Part shown: piece after piece, positions 28,423 to 39,192 of the stretch
How the letters are laid out: the number at the start of each line of letters is the position of its first letter
Numbering within the stretch: the first letter of the stretch is position 1
NCBI GenBank assembly: GCA_964402565.1
Contig: CAYOCJ010000001.1
Coordinates: forward strand, 504,802-568,801
DNA: 64,000 nt
Direction: 5' to 3'
Origin: an uncultured Gammaproteobacteria bacterium
GTDB lineage: Bacteria > Patescibacteriota > Patescibacteriia > UBA1558 > 2-01-FULL-52-15
Made by a program: the position numbers and the translations under genes
The notes under the pieces: generated by a model
Told to the model about the DNA's origin: nothing
Databases searched by the model: none
What the model saw: the letters and a program-made list of their open reading frames with translations, nothing else

Positions 28423-30033
28423 TTAGTATCCGTAATGAATGAACTGCTCTGCCCGAGCCAATTGCGGATCGCCATTCGGCTGCGCTTCAACGATGATGTC
28501 AGGCGTGATGCCAACCGAATTGATGCTCGTGCCGCCCGCGGTGAACCATTCGAATGTGGTCATTTTCATGCCCGATCCGTCGGCAAAATTGTAGATGCTT
28601 TGGCCGGTTCCTTTGCCGTAGGTCTTGGTCCCGATCACGGTCGCATCATGGTGCTGCATGAGCGCTGAAGTGAATATCTCAGATGCCGAGGCCGTGCCTT
28701 CATTCGTCAGAATGACAGTCGGGATATTCGGCACATCGCGGCCCGCTGAAGCTTCATAATTTGTCGTCTGATTCGGCCAATGCTCAGAGTAGATGAGTTC
28801 TCCGTTCGTCAGCCAATAATCAGCAAGTTGAGCAGCTGAATCAGTCACACCGCCGCCATTATTGCGCATATCAATAATGATCCCTTTTGTTGACGGCGTG
28901 ATGAGCTTGTCGACCAAATTCTGAAATTGAGGGATAAGGCTGGTCGTAAATACCGAAAACTTGAAGTAAGCGATAGACCCGTTATCCAGTGCTTCTCCGT
29001 CGACATCTGGAATGGTTATTTTTTCCCGGGTGATCGAATACTCGCTTGACGTGCCAGTGCTCGGACGAAGTATTTGCAGCTTGACGATGGTTCCTGCCGG
29101 GCCTTTGATGCGTGAAACAGCAGATTCGACAGATATGCCTTTTGCCGACTCGCCATTGATGCTCAGGATCTGATCCTTGGGCAAGAGGCCGGCGCGTTCC
29201 GCAGGAGCATCCTTCACGAGCCAATCAACAAAAAGTGTTCCGTCCAGAGTATCGATAGAGGCGCCTATCCCCTCGAGCGTCGTATTCCCGGTAAAATATT
29301 CATCGAATTTTTTATTTTTTTCAGGAGAGAAGAATTGCGTATATTTATCTCCGGTGGCCTCTGCCATGCCTTCCAGCGAACCATAATACAGGTCCTGGCC
29401 CGTAAATGTATCTTTATACAAATGGTTTTCTTCGATGATGTTGAATACGTCGCCGTACAGGCTTGGATCTATGTCAGGTATCGTGTTTGGAACAATATCC
29501 TGCTGGTCTGCAGTGAAGCCAAGTTTTTTTGTTTCAGGAATCTGATCAAGCCGGTCAGCGCTTATGTCCAAAGCTAAACCTTGTGCGACCGTAAACCCTT
29601 CATTCCCATTTTGCAAGAAGTACATTTTGAGATCCAGAGGATTCAAATACCATGCTTTGCCATTCGCGTCCACCTGCAGCATGATCGCGCCTTTGAATTT
29701 TTGAAGCATGTCATAGGAAACGACATGCGCCTTTGTATCTGTCGAGGGTAATTGCTGTAATGTCTGTTTCGTTATGCCTTTTCCCTCATTCGTAAGTAGT
29801 CGCGAAAAGCTATTTGATGTATTCACCGCGTACCGCTCGCCAGATGACGGATCGACATACCAATATTGGTCTGTGCCCCCTTTTCGTTCGACCAAAAACG
29901 TTCCTTTATACATGCTGACGTCGATCTGATCGCCAATGACCGTTTCCGCGTGCACGGGAGCTGACATGATATACAGAGAACCGGATACTACCATTCCTCC
30001 GACAACCAGGGCATATAATCTTCGATAACGCAT
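28423..30033 (-). CDS. ctpA: S41-family C-terminal processing peptidase with PDZ domain
   Basis: PDZ (LSINGESAKGISV...), IIDMRNNGGG and TNEGTASASEIF (Ser nucleophile region). Confidence 0.85.
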   Translation of the reverse strand: MRYRRLYALVVGGMVVSGSLYIMSAPVHAETVIGDQIDVSMYKGTFLVERKGGTDQYWYVDPSSGERYAVNTSNSFSRLLTNEGKGITKQTLQQLPSTDTKAHVVSYDMLQKFKGAIMLQVDANGKAWYLNPLDLKMYFLQNGNEGFTVAQGLALDISADRLDQIPETKKLGFTADQQDIVPNTIPDIDPSLYGDVFNIIEENHLYKDTFTGQDLYYGSLEGMAEATGDKYTQFFSPEKNKKFDEYFTGNTTLEGIGASIDTLDGTLFVDWLVKDAPAERAGLLPKDQILSINGESAKGISVESAVSRIKGPAGTIVKLQILRPSTGTSSEYSITREKITIPDVDGEALDNGSIAYFKFSVFTTSLIPQFQNLVDKLITPSTKGIIIDMRNNGGGVTDSAAQLADYWLTNGELIYSEHWPNQTTNYEASAGRDVPNIPTVILTNEGTASASEIFTSALMQHHDATVIGTKTYGKGTGQSIYNFADGSGMKMTTFEWFTAGGTSINSVGITPDIIVEAQPNGDPQLARAEQFIHYGY

Positions 30034-30098
30034 AAAAATAGCTTAATGATTTAATGGATGGCTACAGACTAGCACAAAGCTAGTTAAAAGGAAAAATA

Positions 30099-30971
30099 CT
30101 ACTTCAGATAGACATTATCATCATAACGGAGGTCTATATATTCTGCCGGCGCCTCAAAGTTACGATCCTGGAGATACACAGAAAGACGCTGTAATTGAGG
30201 GTGAATATCCTTATTCGGATCTACGTACACGCGAAATCCCTTATCGGTCGAAACGATAATGCGATCCTTGTCGTCAGTTAGATGAAAGCCGGTAAGCGCA
30301 GCCAGCTGGATCGATTGGCCCCAATCCTCAGCAATGGTCGTAGCTTTTTCCAGATAGTCTACCGGAATGCTGCGCTCTTTAACCGCGCGCTCATCAGCTA
30401 TCAGCAATTGATTCGGCTGAGGTTTGTCGACGGTTTCAAGAGCTTTCCCATCAGTGCCTAAGGTAAAATAGCCGTCCGGTGTTTGCACCACAAATGCAGT
30501 GATGCGCTCATGGACCGAGATCGTGACCGTATGCGGAAAAGATACATGCAGCGATGTGACGGTCAGATAAAACCGCTGCTCAAGCCTTTTCCTCATTTTT
30601 GTCTGAGCCAATAAGAAATAATTATCATTGCGGAAGATGAACAGCCGGCGTCTGTGCAATTCATCCATGATGAAGGATTGCACCTGTTCCAGAGGAATAT
30701 ATTTCAAACCCTGTATGCGCACATCGGTGATCCTGAACTGAGGGATCTGAAAGATGCTCTGCATCAGCAAAAAAACAGCGATCACAATAATGGCGATTTT
30801 CGCATACCGATAGCTCGCGGTCGGCGTTTTTCGTGAATACTGATTCTGATACAATGCTGAGCGGCCGGTGATCTGTGGGGCCATGCCGCCGTGATTTGCA
30901 ATAAACCGCGCCCGCGGCGTTTGATACAATTTTTGATTGATGCGTGGTATGCGTTTGTCCATACTGAACAC
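30099..30971 (-). CDS. ftsQ: Cell-division protein FtsQ/DivIB-like (TM + POTRA)
   Basis: Cytoplasmic N-terminus, then TM segment IAIIVIAVFLLMQSIF, then a POTRA-like FRITDVRIQGLKYIPLEQVQSFIM. Confidence 0.6.
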   Translation of the reverse strand: MFSMDKRIPRINQKLYQTPRARFIANHGGMAPQITGRSALYQNQYSRKTPTASYRYAKIAIIVIAVFLLMQSIFQIPQFRITDVRIQGLKYIPLEQVQSFIMDELHRRRLFIFRNDNYFLLAQTKMRKRLEQRFYLTVTSLHVSFPHTVTISVHERITAFVVQTPDGYFTLGTDGKALETVDKPQPNQLLIADERAVKERSIPVDYLEKATTIAEDWGQSIQLAALTGFHLTDDKDRIIVSTDKGFRVYVDPNKDIHPQLQRLSVYLQDRNFEAPAEYIDLRYDDNVYLK

Positions 30972-32098
30972 TAACTACTAATACGGCGCGGCAACAAAGG
31001 ATTGATGCGCGTAACGATCTCATAGTTGATCGTTCCTGCATGCTTCGCCAGCTCCTCAGCTGTTATTCTTTCCGAGCCTTGTTTTCCTATAAGGACCGCT
31101 TCGTCGCCCGATCGAGCATGCACCTGATGAGGCAATTCAGCCATGGTCAGGTTCATGCATATGCGTCCTCGTACCCGGCATCGCCGCCCTGCGATAAGTA
31201 TAGATGCTGCATTCGATAATTTCCGGTCATAGCCGTCAGCATAACCTATCGCTACGGTAGCGATACGCGTTTTTTTCTGTACACGATAACTCATCCCGTA
31301 ACCTATTGGATCTCCGGCTTTATGTTCCTTGATCTGTAAGATGGTTGTTTTCCAGGTAAGAACGGGCCGCAGCTGTATGTGCGTTCTATAGAATTTTTTG
31401 CTGTCCTTCGACGGCCATAACCCGTAAAGGGCTATTCCCAAACGCACGCCTTCATGAAGATATGACGATCCGCGCAATGCAGATGCGCTGCATGCAATAT
31501 GAGCAGGAGGCGCGGAGAAGCCTTTTTTCCGAATCGCATCAAGGCAAGCCATGAAGCGTTTGTGCTGGGTCTTTGTATATCGTTCATTAACATTTTCAGA
31601 ATCTGCGAAATGTCCGAAAATGCCGACGACATTCAGATGCTCCATTTGAAGCACCTGTACGATCTGATCGATCTCATCATGTTCAAAGCCCAAGCGGGCT
31701 GTCCCTACGTCCAGTTTGATATGCACCTGTATCTTCCTTTTCATCCGCTTACTAAGAGCATTCAGATATTTTGCAGAGCGTACATCGAAAATCGGCAATT
31801 CTACTCCTGCCCGGATGGCCAGTTTCAACTGGGCCTGATCCCGCTGCCACATGCTGAGTACAATGATCCTCTTTCGCGTCAGTTTTGTGAGCATCAAACT
31901 CTCGTCAAGACTGGCTACCATGAATCCGGAGACCGACGCATCAGATCGTAATACGCGCAACACCTCGACCATGCCGTGCCCATATGCATTACTTTTGACC
32001 ACACAAAAAAGGTCGCGGTTTCCGATAATTTTTTTGAAGACTTTGACATTATGCTGAAGTGCCGAGCGCGACACCTCAACCCATGAAAGATGCTGCAT
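30971..32098 (-). CDS. alr: Alanine racemase
   Basis: PLP-Lys motif CVVKSNAYGHG and the typical fold length. Confidence 0.88.
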   Translation of the reverse strand: MQHLSWVEVSRSALQHNVKVFKKIIGNRDLFCVVKSNAYGHGMVEVLRVLRSDASVSGFMVASLDESLMLTKLTRKRIIVLSMWQRDQAQLKLAIRAGVELPIFDVRSAKYLNALSKRMKRKIQVHIKLDVGTARLGFEHDEIDQIVQVLQMEHLNVVGIFGHFADSENVNERYTKTQHKRFMACLDAIRKKGFSAPPAHIACSASALRGSSYLHEGVRLGIALYGLWPSKDSKKFYRTHIQLRPVLTWKTTILQIKEHKAGDPIGYGMSYRVQKKTRIATVAIGYADGYDRKLSNAASILIAGRRCRVRGRICMNLTMAELPHQVHARSGDEAVLIGKQGSERITAEELAKHAGTINYEIVTRINPLLPRRISS

Positions 32099-32101
32099 AC
32101 G

Positions 32102-33370
32102 CTATAGGTGCTTTTCTATCCTCTGCTGCCCGCCCATGTATGGCTGTAACACATTCGGTATGCTAATAGACCCGTCAGCATTCTGATACTGTTCAAGCAA
32201 TGCTATTAAAATGCGCGGGCTTGCGACGACCGTATTATTCATCGTGTGCGGATACTGGGTTCGTCCGCCGGCATCCTTATACCTCATATTTACGCGGCGT
32301 GCCTGCCAATCGGTCAAATGCGAGCAGCTATGCGTTTCACCATAGGCATTCCTGGATGGCATCCAGGTTTCGATATCATACATTTTGTACTTGCCGGCTC
32401 CCATATCGCCGGTGCAGATGCTCAACACGCGATACGGTAATTCCAGATCCTGCAGCACTTCTTCTGCAATGTGGAGCATTTCTTCGAACAGTGCCATTGA
32501 CTTGGATATATCGTTCTCAGCGATGACCACCTGCTCTATCTTCCAGAACTCATGGACTCGATACAATCCTTTTGTATCTTTGCCATAGCTGCCGATTTCA
32601 CGGCGATAGCATGGAGAAATTGCACAGTACTTTAATGGCAGCTCAGAAACATGTAACAGTTCATCAGCACGATAGGCCAGCGTGGATGCTTCGCTGGTAC
32701 CGACCAGGAAGCGATCGTCCACGTTATAAATTTCTTCTCTGCCTGCAGGGAAATGGCCAGACCCGATCAGTGCAAACTCCTTCACCATGGTAGGCGTAAG
32801 CAGGACATGAAAACCTTTAGCGCGCATCTTATTCAGGCAATGGGTAAACAAAGCCCATTGCAGCAATACCAGATCGTTCTTCAAAAAATAACCCCTGAAG
32901 CCGGCGACTTTAACACCGCGGTCAATGTCGATCAAATCCAAATCTTCGCCCAGCTTCATGTGATCCTTAAGCTGAAAGTCAAACTTTTTTGGCTCGCCCC
33001 ATGTACGAAACACGGTATTGCCGGTCTCATCGGTTCCAATAGGTGTGTCGTCTGACGGGATATTTGGCACCAGGAGCATCAGCTCGTGATAGCGGTCCTC
33101 TGCCAGCTTCAAGCGAGGTTCCAATTCAGCGATCTTCTCTTTCAATGCTTTGCCTACAGCGATCGATTGTGCGTCAGGCTTCCCGCCTTGCTGTTGGATC
33201 TGCGCTGAATGCTCATTACGCTGTTTCTGCAAAGACTCTACGGCCTGCAGAAGCTCCTTGCGATCTGCGTCAGCTTTGAGAAGTGAATCAAGATCAAGCG
33301 TTATACGCTTATCCGTGATAGCTTTTCGAACGGTCTCAAGATTTTTTAGTATGTATCCGATATCGAGCAT
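32102..33370 (-). CDS. serS: Serine--tRNA ligase
   Basis: N-terminal coiled-coil arm plus class II motifs (FRGY..., GSGHFPAGREE..., and motif 3 near the C-terminus). Confidence 0.9.
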   Translation of the reverse strand: MLDIGYILKNLETVRKAITDKRITLDLDSLLKADADRKELLQAVESLQKQRNEHSAQIQQQGGKPDAQSIAVGKALKEKIAELEPRLKLAEDRYHELMLLVPNIPSDDTPIGTDETGNTVFRTWGEPKKFDFQLKDHMKLGEDLDLIDIDRGVKVAGFRGYFLKNDLVLLQWALFTHCLNKMRAKGFHVLLTPTMVKEFALIGSGHFPAGREEIYNVDDRFLVGTSEASTLAYRADELLHVSELPLKYCAISPCYRREIGSYGKDTKGLYRVHEFWKIEQVVIAENDISKSMALFEEMLHIAEEVLQDLELPYRVLSICTGDMGAGKYKMYDIETWMPSRNAYGETHSCSHLTDWQARRVNMRYKDAGGRTQYPHTMNNTVVASPRILIALLEQYQNADGSISIPNVLQPYMGGQQRIEKHL

Positions 33371-33383
33371 GGTCGTTTATTAC

Positions 33384-35033
33384 TTAATTAGAGGCGCCGC
33401 TTTGATCCGCGCCCTCGGGATCATTTAACGGCTGCGTTGCATCATCACTGGCAGCACTCACATCAGCAAGACGCTGCAATACAAAATCTCTATCCAGGGC
33501 AGACAGGAACCATCCTGCCTGGGGGCCAGAATTTTTTCCCAAGAAACTTATGTAGATCGCGGAAAAAAGATCAGCAGGAGCAATGGCAAGCGTTGCCTTT
33601 ACCTCATGGATTTGCGTATGCAGCTCTTCACCAGTGAGTTCGTCATGTTCGCGAATATACTCGTAGATAGAACGCAACGACTGACGCTGTAAGGAGGTGA
33701 ACTCTTTTGCACCTTCGGGCGGTGCTTCTTGAATATCAAATTTATACTTTTCAGGGCTATACTGGGACAGCCATATTTTTGCATAGCGGGCCCTATCCTG
33801 ATACTCGCTCGCATCTGCATCGGTCAGTTGAGAACCTTTCATAGACGCAACTTTCTTCGCAAGATCAATGTGAGGCATTTGCACCAGATACGCTATCTGT
33901 GAGAAACGCGGCAGAAACGCTTCCTGAATCATGTTCCTGGACGAAGCCGGATAACATAATGGAAAAACCGATGTCCAATCTGATGCAGCGTTCTTAAAGT
34001 ATTCGCCTGCAATGGTGTCGAAATGATCATAGAGAATCGGAATGGTGTCTCCATAGGGTTCAAAGTCAATCTCATGCTTCGGCTCCTTCATCATAAGAAA
34101 GCGCAGCATGCGCGTCGGCAAAAGATCAGCAATTTCTTTTGCTGATGACCCTTTGCCTTTTGACGAGGACATCTTCGCACCACCGAGGGTAAAAAAATTA
34201 TAGGGAATATCGAGCGGCTCAGGGAACTGATAGATCTCTTTCAAAATTCGGCGCGCGATATCTCGCGATCCGCCTTTCGTATAGTGATCCTTTCCTCCGC
34301 CTTCCAGATGCACGCCTAGCACCATGAACTTTGCCGCCCATTCTACTTTCCAAGGCAATTTCGCTCGTCCGTCAAATGGATCTACTTTGCCAGAATGGCC
34401 GCAACCGACGGCCCACTTCACCAAATCAGCACTGCACGCATAAGATACTTGCTTGCCGTCCCATGCGGTCACCTTTGTAGTGCCTACTTTGCGGCATTGC
34501 TCACAGATGACCTGTAAGGGAAACCAATCATCGCCCTTATCAGATCCAGAAACCTCTTTATATATTTTTCTTATCTTGTCTGCATTGTCCAATGCAAGGC
34601 GAATGGCATTATTATATTTCCCGCCCAAATAAAGCGTACTCGAGCGATAGTACTCGGGCGTAAAGCCGGTATGTTCAACAGCAACCATAAACTCCTGCGC
34701 CCAGTACTCTGCATAGTTCGGTGCTGTCGGATCCGGTGAGGGTACCTCATACAAAGGACGCCCCATATAGGGACGATAGAGCTCCTGGTCAAGGTAGACC
34801 GGCAAACCGTCCATTGGGTCAAAATCATTCACTTCGAATAGGTACTTGTTTGGAATCTTCGCTTCGGTCAGCACATCTGAAACTATGCCATGAATGACGA
34901 CGCCTCTGAGCGAACCCACATGTACTCTGCCGGACATCGTTTTTTCATCGCGAATAATAAGAGGCTTGCCAGCGGCAATTTCTTTTGCAAAACGATTTTT
35001 AGCTGAATCTCGAAGTTTATATCCCCAAAACAT
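33384..35033 (-). CDS. lysK: Lysine--tRNA ligase, class I (LysK type)
   Basis: SGRVHVGSLRG (HIGH-equivalent) and KMSSSKG (KMSKS-equivalent), as in archaeal-type class I LysRS. Confidence 0.8.
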   Translation of the reverse strand: MFWGYKLRDSAKNRFAKEIAAGKPLIIRDEKTMSGRVHVGSLRGVVIHGIVSDVLTEAKIPNKYLFEVNDFDPMDGLPVYLDQELYRPYMGRPLYEVPSPDPTAPNYAEYWAQEFMVAVEHTGFTPEYYRSSTLYLGGKYNNAIRLALDNADKIRKIYKEVSGSDKGDDWFPLQVICEQCRKVGTTKVTAWDGKQVSYACSADLVKWAVGCGHSGKVDPFDGRAKLPWKVEWAAKFMVLGVHLEGGGKDHYTKGGSRDIARRILKEIYQFPEPLDIPYNFFTLGGAKMSSSKGKGSSAKEIADLLPTRMLRFLMMKEPKHEIDFEPYGDTIPILYDHFDTIAGEYFKNAASDWTSVFPLCYPASSRNMIQEAFLPRFSQIAYLVQMPHIDLAKKVASMKGSQLTDADASEYQDRARYAKIWLSQYSPEKYKFDIQEAPPEGAKEFTSLQRQSLRSIYEYIREHDELTGEELHTQIHEVKATLAIAPADLFSAIYISFLGKNSGPQAGWFLSALDRDFVLQRLADVSAASDDATQPLNDPEGADQSGASN

Positions 35034-35188
35034 AAAAAAACGTCGGTTACCCTCGTCTTACAATTCTACCTAATTAAGGCCTAAAAATCAATGATTTTTG
35101 ATCTTGACGCCGCAAAATAGTTTGCTAGGCTGATTGAAAGTTTCGTTCATTCCAATACATCCGTTATTCATCACCAAAGGAGGTGTAC

Positions 35189-35563
35189 ATGAGCAGCTTG
35201 AGGATGGTCCGAGACCTGCGTTTCTGGGGTGTTCTAGTGGTTCTGTTGATCACCGGACTCATCGGCTATGGACTGGGCCAAGGCAAAGGATCAGCAGGCG
35301 ATGTGGCCCACACTTTATTGGGCCTCGTCTGCTCTGGCGTCGGAGCCTTTCTCCTCAATGCGGTAATCATGCCATCCTTTGATCGTTCGAACGGAAATGA
35401 ATCAGGCATGATTGCCGGCATCTTACTGGTTCTCTTTATTCTCGCCGGACTCGTGGTCGGAACGCTGTGGGCGCTCTTCTTCGGACCAAGCGTCGCGCTT
35501 TTCGTCGTGTCGATCGGCATTCAGCTTTTCGGCATAGTCGTGGCCTGCTTCACAGTCAACTAA
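35189..35563 (+). CDS. Small integral membrane protein (3-4 TM helices), hypothetical
   Basis: AAAGGAGG SD lies 5 nt upstream of the ATG at 35189. The sequence is highly hydrophobic. Confidence 0.5.
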   Translation: MSSLRMVRDLRFWGVLVVLLITGLIGYGLGQGKGSAGDVAHTLLGLVCSGVGAFLLNAVIMPSFDRSNGNESGMIAGILLVLFILAGLVVGTLWALFFGPSVALFVVSIGIQLFGIVVACFTVN

Positions 35564-35626
35564 ACCAACAAACCATAACAAGGATTTGCAAATGCAAATC
35601 CTTGTTCACTTTATAACTCGCTAATA

Positions 35627-36259
35627 TTAAACCGAACGTTTATCGCTATTTGATGACCTGATTTCTTTCGACAGTATCTTGCAAGCATCGTCGAACTGAT
35701 AGCAATAGACTTCGCCCGTACCAATTTCAAGATCGCCTATGGTATCATCAGTGATTTGTTCGAGGTGTTTCACAAGTGCCCGCAAAGAATTACCGTGAGC
35801 AACGATCAATACATTTTTTGCCTGAAGCAAATCATTTTTAATCTGCTCCTCATAGTACGGGACTACCCTCGCATGCACGTCTTTCAATGATTCGCCTTCA
35901 GGTATCGGCACATCCCAGCCGCGGCGTAATGCCTGGAACGCCTCGTCGCCTATCTCTTCCTTGACCTGCCATTTATTTTTCCCGGTATGAATACCGTAAT
36001 GCCGTTCATTGATCGCATGGTGGCGCCTGGTTTCTAACTCTTCGATACCAAGCTCTTTCAAAATTTCAGCGAGTGTTTGATGGGTGCGGCGTAGTGCTGA
36101 CACATAAGCGATGTGGATCGTTTCGTTTTTCAGGGCTTCCCCAGCGGCTCGCGCCTCAGCAATGCCTGTTTCTGATAAGTCAACATCAGTATGGCCGGTC
36201 CATTGGCCGAGATCATTCCATGTTGATTTGCCGTGGCGGACTAGAAAAAGGAAGGCCAT
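35627..36259 (-). CDS. gpmA: 2,3-bisphosphoglycerate-dependent phosphoglycerate mutase (histidine phosphatase superfamily)
   Basis: LVRHGKSTWN...GQWTGHTDVDLSETG matches the dPGM RHGE/QWN signature. Confidence 0.82.
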   Translation of the reverse strand: MAFLFLVRHGKSTWNDLGQWTGHTDVDLSETGIAEARAAGEALKNETIHIAYVSALRRTHQTLAEILKELGIEELETRRHHAINERHYGIHTGKNKWQVKEEIGDEAFQALRRGWDVPIPEGESLKDVHARVVPYYEEQIKNDLLQAKNVLIVAHGNSLRALVKHLEQITDDTIGDLEIGTGEVYCYQFDDACKILSKEIRSSNSDKRSV

Positions 36260-36261
36260 AG

Positions 36262-37566
36262 CTATTGCAACGCTGATGCCCCGGCATAGACGGCGCCAGC
36301 ACCTAATGACTGCTCTATGCGCAGGAGCTCGTTATATTTCGCAATACGGTCGGTACGAGACATTGAACCTGTCTTGATCTGGCCGGTGCCAAGACCAACG
36401 GCAATATGCGCGATGCTTACATCCTCGGTTTCGCCCGAGCGATGCGAGATAATAGCTTTCCAATTCGCCTTATGCGCCATATCGACTGCTTGTATGGTTT
36501 CAGTCAAAGTGCCGATCTGGTTCACTTTCACCAGGATTGCGTTTGCAGCTTGTTCGCGTATACCGCGTTCCAAAAATTTTACATTGGTAACCAGCAGATC
36601 ATCACCGACCAGCTGCATACTCTTGCCAAGCTTTGCTGTCATCTGCGACCATCCGGACCAATCATCCTCAGCTAAACCATCTTCAATGGATCGGACAGGA
36701 AATTCTTTTGAGAAATTTTCATACAAAGCGATCATTTCTGCGCTGCTATGTGCGGCATGCTCTGTCGCCAAGTTATATACTCCATCTGAAAAAAGTTCGC
36801 TTGCTGCAACATCCAAAGCAAATGCAATATCCGTACCAAGTGTATAGCCAGCTTTCGCAACTGCCTCAGCAATGAGCTCCAGAGCTTCTCTATTCCCCTT
36901 CTTGACCGCTGGCGCATAACCCCCTTCATCGCCGACTGTCGTGCCATACCCCTTTGTTTTCAAAACCCCCGCAAGCGCATGAAAGACCTCAGCCTGCATC
37001 TGTATCGCCTGTCTGAATGTTCTTGCACCCACAGGCATGATCATGAATTCCTGAATATCTGTGGAGCCTGCTGCATGCTGACCGCCATTGATGATATTGC
37101 ACAGAGGCAGCGGTAAGCACATCTCGCGTTTCACACTGGATACATCGCGAATATACTGAAAGAGCGGAACTTTCTTTGACAGAGCAGCTGCTTTTGCTGC
37201 TGCGAGTGAAACAGCGAGGATCGCATTAGCCCCCAGATTGCTCTTCGTTTCAGTTCCGTCTAATTCGATCATTTTCTGATCAATGACCGTTTGCTGAGAC
37301 GCGTCGGTGCCGATCAAAGCACGGCTGATCGGGCCTGTTACATTATCGACTGCTTTCAAAACGCCCTTGCCACCGTAGCGTGACATATCTCCATCGCGGA
37401 GCTCATGAGCCTCATGTGAGCCAGTAGACGCTCCTGAAGGAACCGCTGCCCTCCCGAGGCTTCCGTCATCCAAGATAACATCCGCCTCTACCGTCGGGTT
37501 TCCGCGTGAGTCTAGAATCTCCCTTGCTTGGATTGATTTAATTTTCATGCCGTTCAAACGTAACAA
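36262..37566 (-). CDS. eno: Enolase (copy 1)
   Basis: [32 protein letters not shown] and KYNELLRIE motifs. Confidence 0.93.
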   Translation of the reverse strand: MLRLNGMKIKSIQAREILDSRGNPTVEADVILDDGSLGRAAVPSGASTGSHEAHELRDGDMSRYGGKGVLKAVDNVTGPISRALIGTDASQQTVIDQKMIELDGTETKSNLGANAILAVSLAAAKAAALSKKVPLFQYIRDVSSVKREMCLPLPLCNIINGGQHAAGSTDIQEFMIMPVGARTFRQAIQMQAEVFHALAGVLKTKGYGTTVGDEGGYAPAVKKGNREALELIAEAVAKAGYTLGTDIAFALDVAASELFSDGVYNLATEHAAHSSAEMIALYENFSKEFPVRSIEDGLAEDDWSGWSQMTAKLGKSMQLVGDDLLVTNVKFLERGIREQAANAILVKVNQIGTLTETIQAVDMAHKANWKAIISHRSGETEDVSIAHIAVGLGTGQIKTGSMSRTDRIAKYNELLRIEQSLGAGAVYAGASALQ

Positions 37567-37690
37567 TGCTTATAAGAAGATAAGTATAGCTAGACACTTT
37601 TACATTGTCTAGCTGGAACGAACGTACAAAATATATGATAAGGCTTAGCAAACTGCCATGCCTGAATCTTGCAGTGTACCGGCAGGCAAA

Positions 37691-37939
37691 CTACTTCCTG
37701 CTATTCATAATCTTAAACCAATACAAAATATTTTTATCCCGCGCCTTGCATTCTTTGAATGCAGCGAAAGCCTTCGCATAATCTGCTTTGCACAGCATGA
37801 AAATTGACGCTTTCTCAGTATCTACGCCGCGAAGTTCTTCATAGATCTGCGCAGCAAGGTCCTGCCAAGGCTGCACCGGGTTATTCTTTTTTGACCCGGT
37901 GACATTCCTATTCTTTAAGATATCCTCAATGCTTTCCAT
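37691..37939 (-). CDS. Hypothetical small protein
   Basis: 82-aa ORF upstream of the Nudix gene with no recognisable motif. Confidence 0.35.
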   Translation of the reverse strand: MESIEDILKNRNVTGSKKNNPVQPWQDLAAQIYEELRGVDTEKASIFMLCKADYAKAFAAFKECKARDKNILYWFKIMNSRK

Positions 37940-37945
37940 ACCGTA

Positions 37946-38389
37946 TCATTTCTGAATTTGAGAGGACCAAAAAATTTTTTTATCATGCAGCCATTCAGCT
38001 ACACTTTCCTTCAAACCGGCGGGCAGGATATGCGTCGCGGACATTTCCGTCAAAGGCAGCCATGCAAATGAAATGTGATCTTCGCGCGAGCGCACTTCAG
38101 ACTGTGCAAGCGATCCGACAAAGACAAAACTATACTCATGCCGTTTTTGCCCGTCCTGAACAAAAAAATTCTCTGCGCTGCCCATATAGTCGCCAACATG
38201 AAGATCTAAACCGGTCTCTTCTTTTAGTTCGCGGACCAGGCATGCTTCCGCAGTTTCACCAAATTCAATATGCCCGCCTGGAAAAAAATAATGTCCTTTT
38301 CCCTGCGCTCTGCATAACAATATGCGGTCGTCATGGACAATAACAGCCCGTGCCACTAATTCAATGCCGTGCAGTTCAAGCATGCTCAT
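37946..38389 (-). CDS. NUDIX hydrolase
   Basis: Nudix box GGHIEFGETAEACLVRELKEETGL. Confidence 0.88.
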   Translation of the reverse strand: MSMLELHGIELVARAVIVHDDRILLCRAQGKGHYFFPGGHIEFGETAEACLVRELKEETGLDLHVGDYMGSAENFFVQDGQKRHEYSFVFVGSLAQSEVRSREDHISFAWLPLTEMSATHILPAGLKESVAEWLHDKKIFWSSQIQK

Positions 38390-39191
38390 ATTCGATGTGA
38401 GGATTGCTCTTTCCGCGGTACTTCATGAAATACTTGATATAACTGATATTATGCGCACGGGTGCTTTTATTGAAGAGCAGCGACAGTGCGGTGCCCTCCG
38501 AAGACCCTCCGCGCATACGAATCGCCTTTGCTTGCGGGACATACCAGACTTCATACTTTTGTTCCCAAAATCGTCGACACCAGTCAGTATCCTCAAGATA
38601 CAGGAAAAAACTTTCATCCAGATGCCCGACGCGCTCAAGCGAGCTCATGCGGGTAAGATAGCATGTACCAAAAAGCCAATCAACGCGTCGCTCAGTCGCG
38701 TGGTCCCATTCACGCAAAAAATACCAATCGAGCCATCGTTTCCCAAAAGACGTCGATCCGAGAAACGTTCTTCGAAAGAACGGCAGCCAGGGGTTTGGGA
38801 ATCTGCCGCATGTATACTGTAATGTACCATCTCCATTGCTGATCGCCGGCCCTGCAATGCCTGCCATCGGATGCTTCTCCATAAAAGCATGCAGCGTTTC
38901 GACCAGCGCCGCGGTCAACACCGTATCAGGGTTAATGATCAATGCGTACGCTCCCTGAGCATTTCTCAAACCGATATTATTGCCGGCTGCATATCCATTA
39001 TTATGCTCTGATTGAATAAATCGAACCTGCGGAAATGCATGAGCCATAAGCTCGCCGATGCCGTCATTCGAGTTATTATCTACGACGATAACTTCGACGC
39101 TGAGAGCACACGGCTGTAGATAGAAATGCTTAAGCTGCTCTGCAACCAGCTTCTTGCTTTTATAATTGAGTATGATGATCGAAACATCCAT
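38376..39191 (-). CDS. Glycosyltransferase family 2
   Basis: SIIILNYKS...VIVVDNNSNDG plus DxD context. Confidence 0.85.
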   Translation of the reverse strand: MDVSIIILNYKSKKLVAEQLKHFYLQPCALSVEVIVVDNNSNDGIGELMAHAFPQVRFIQSEHNNGYAAGNNIGLRNAQGAYALIINPDTVLTAALVETLHAFMEKHPMAGIAGPAISNGDGTLQYTCGRFPNPWLPFFRRTFLGSTSFGKRWLDWYFLREWDHATERRVDWLFGTCYLTRMSSLERVGHLDESFFLYLEDTDWCRRFWEQKYEVWYVPQAKAIRMRGGSSEGTALSLLFNKSTRAHNISYIKYFMKYRGKSNPHIEYEHA

Positions 39192-39192
39192 A

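Noticed and set aside
36317-36847. 176-aa plus-strand ORF
   Set aside because: It is antisense to enolase copy 1 and carries no independent signals.
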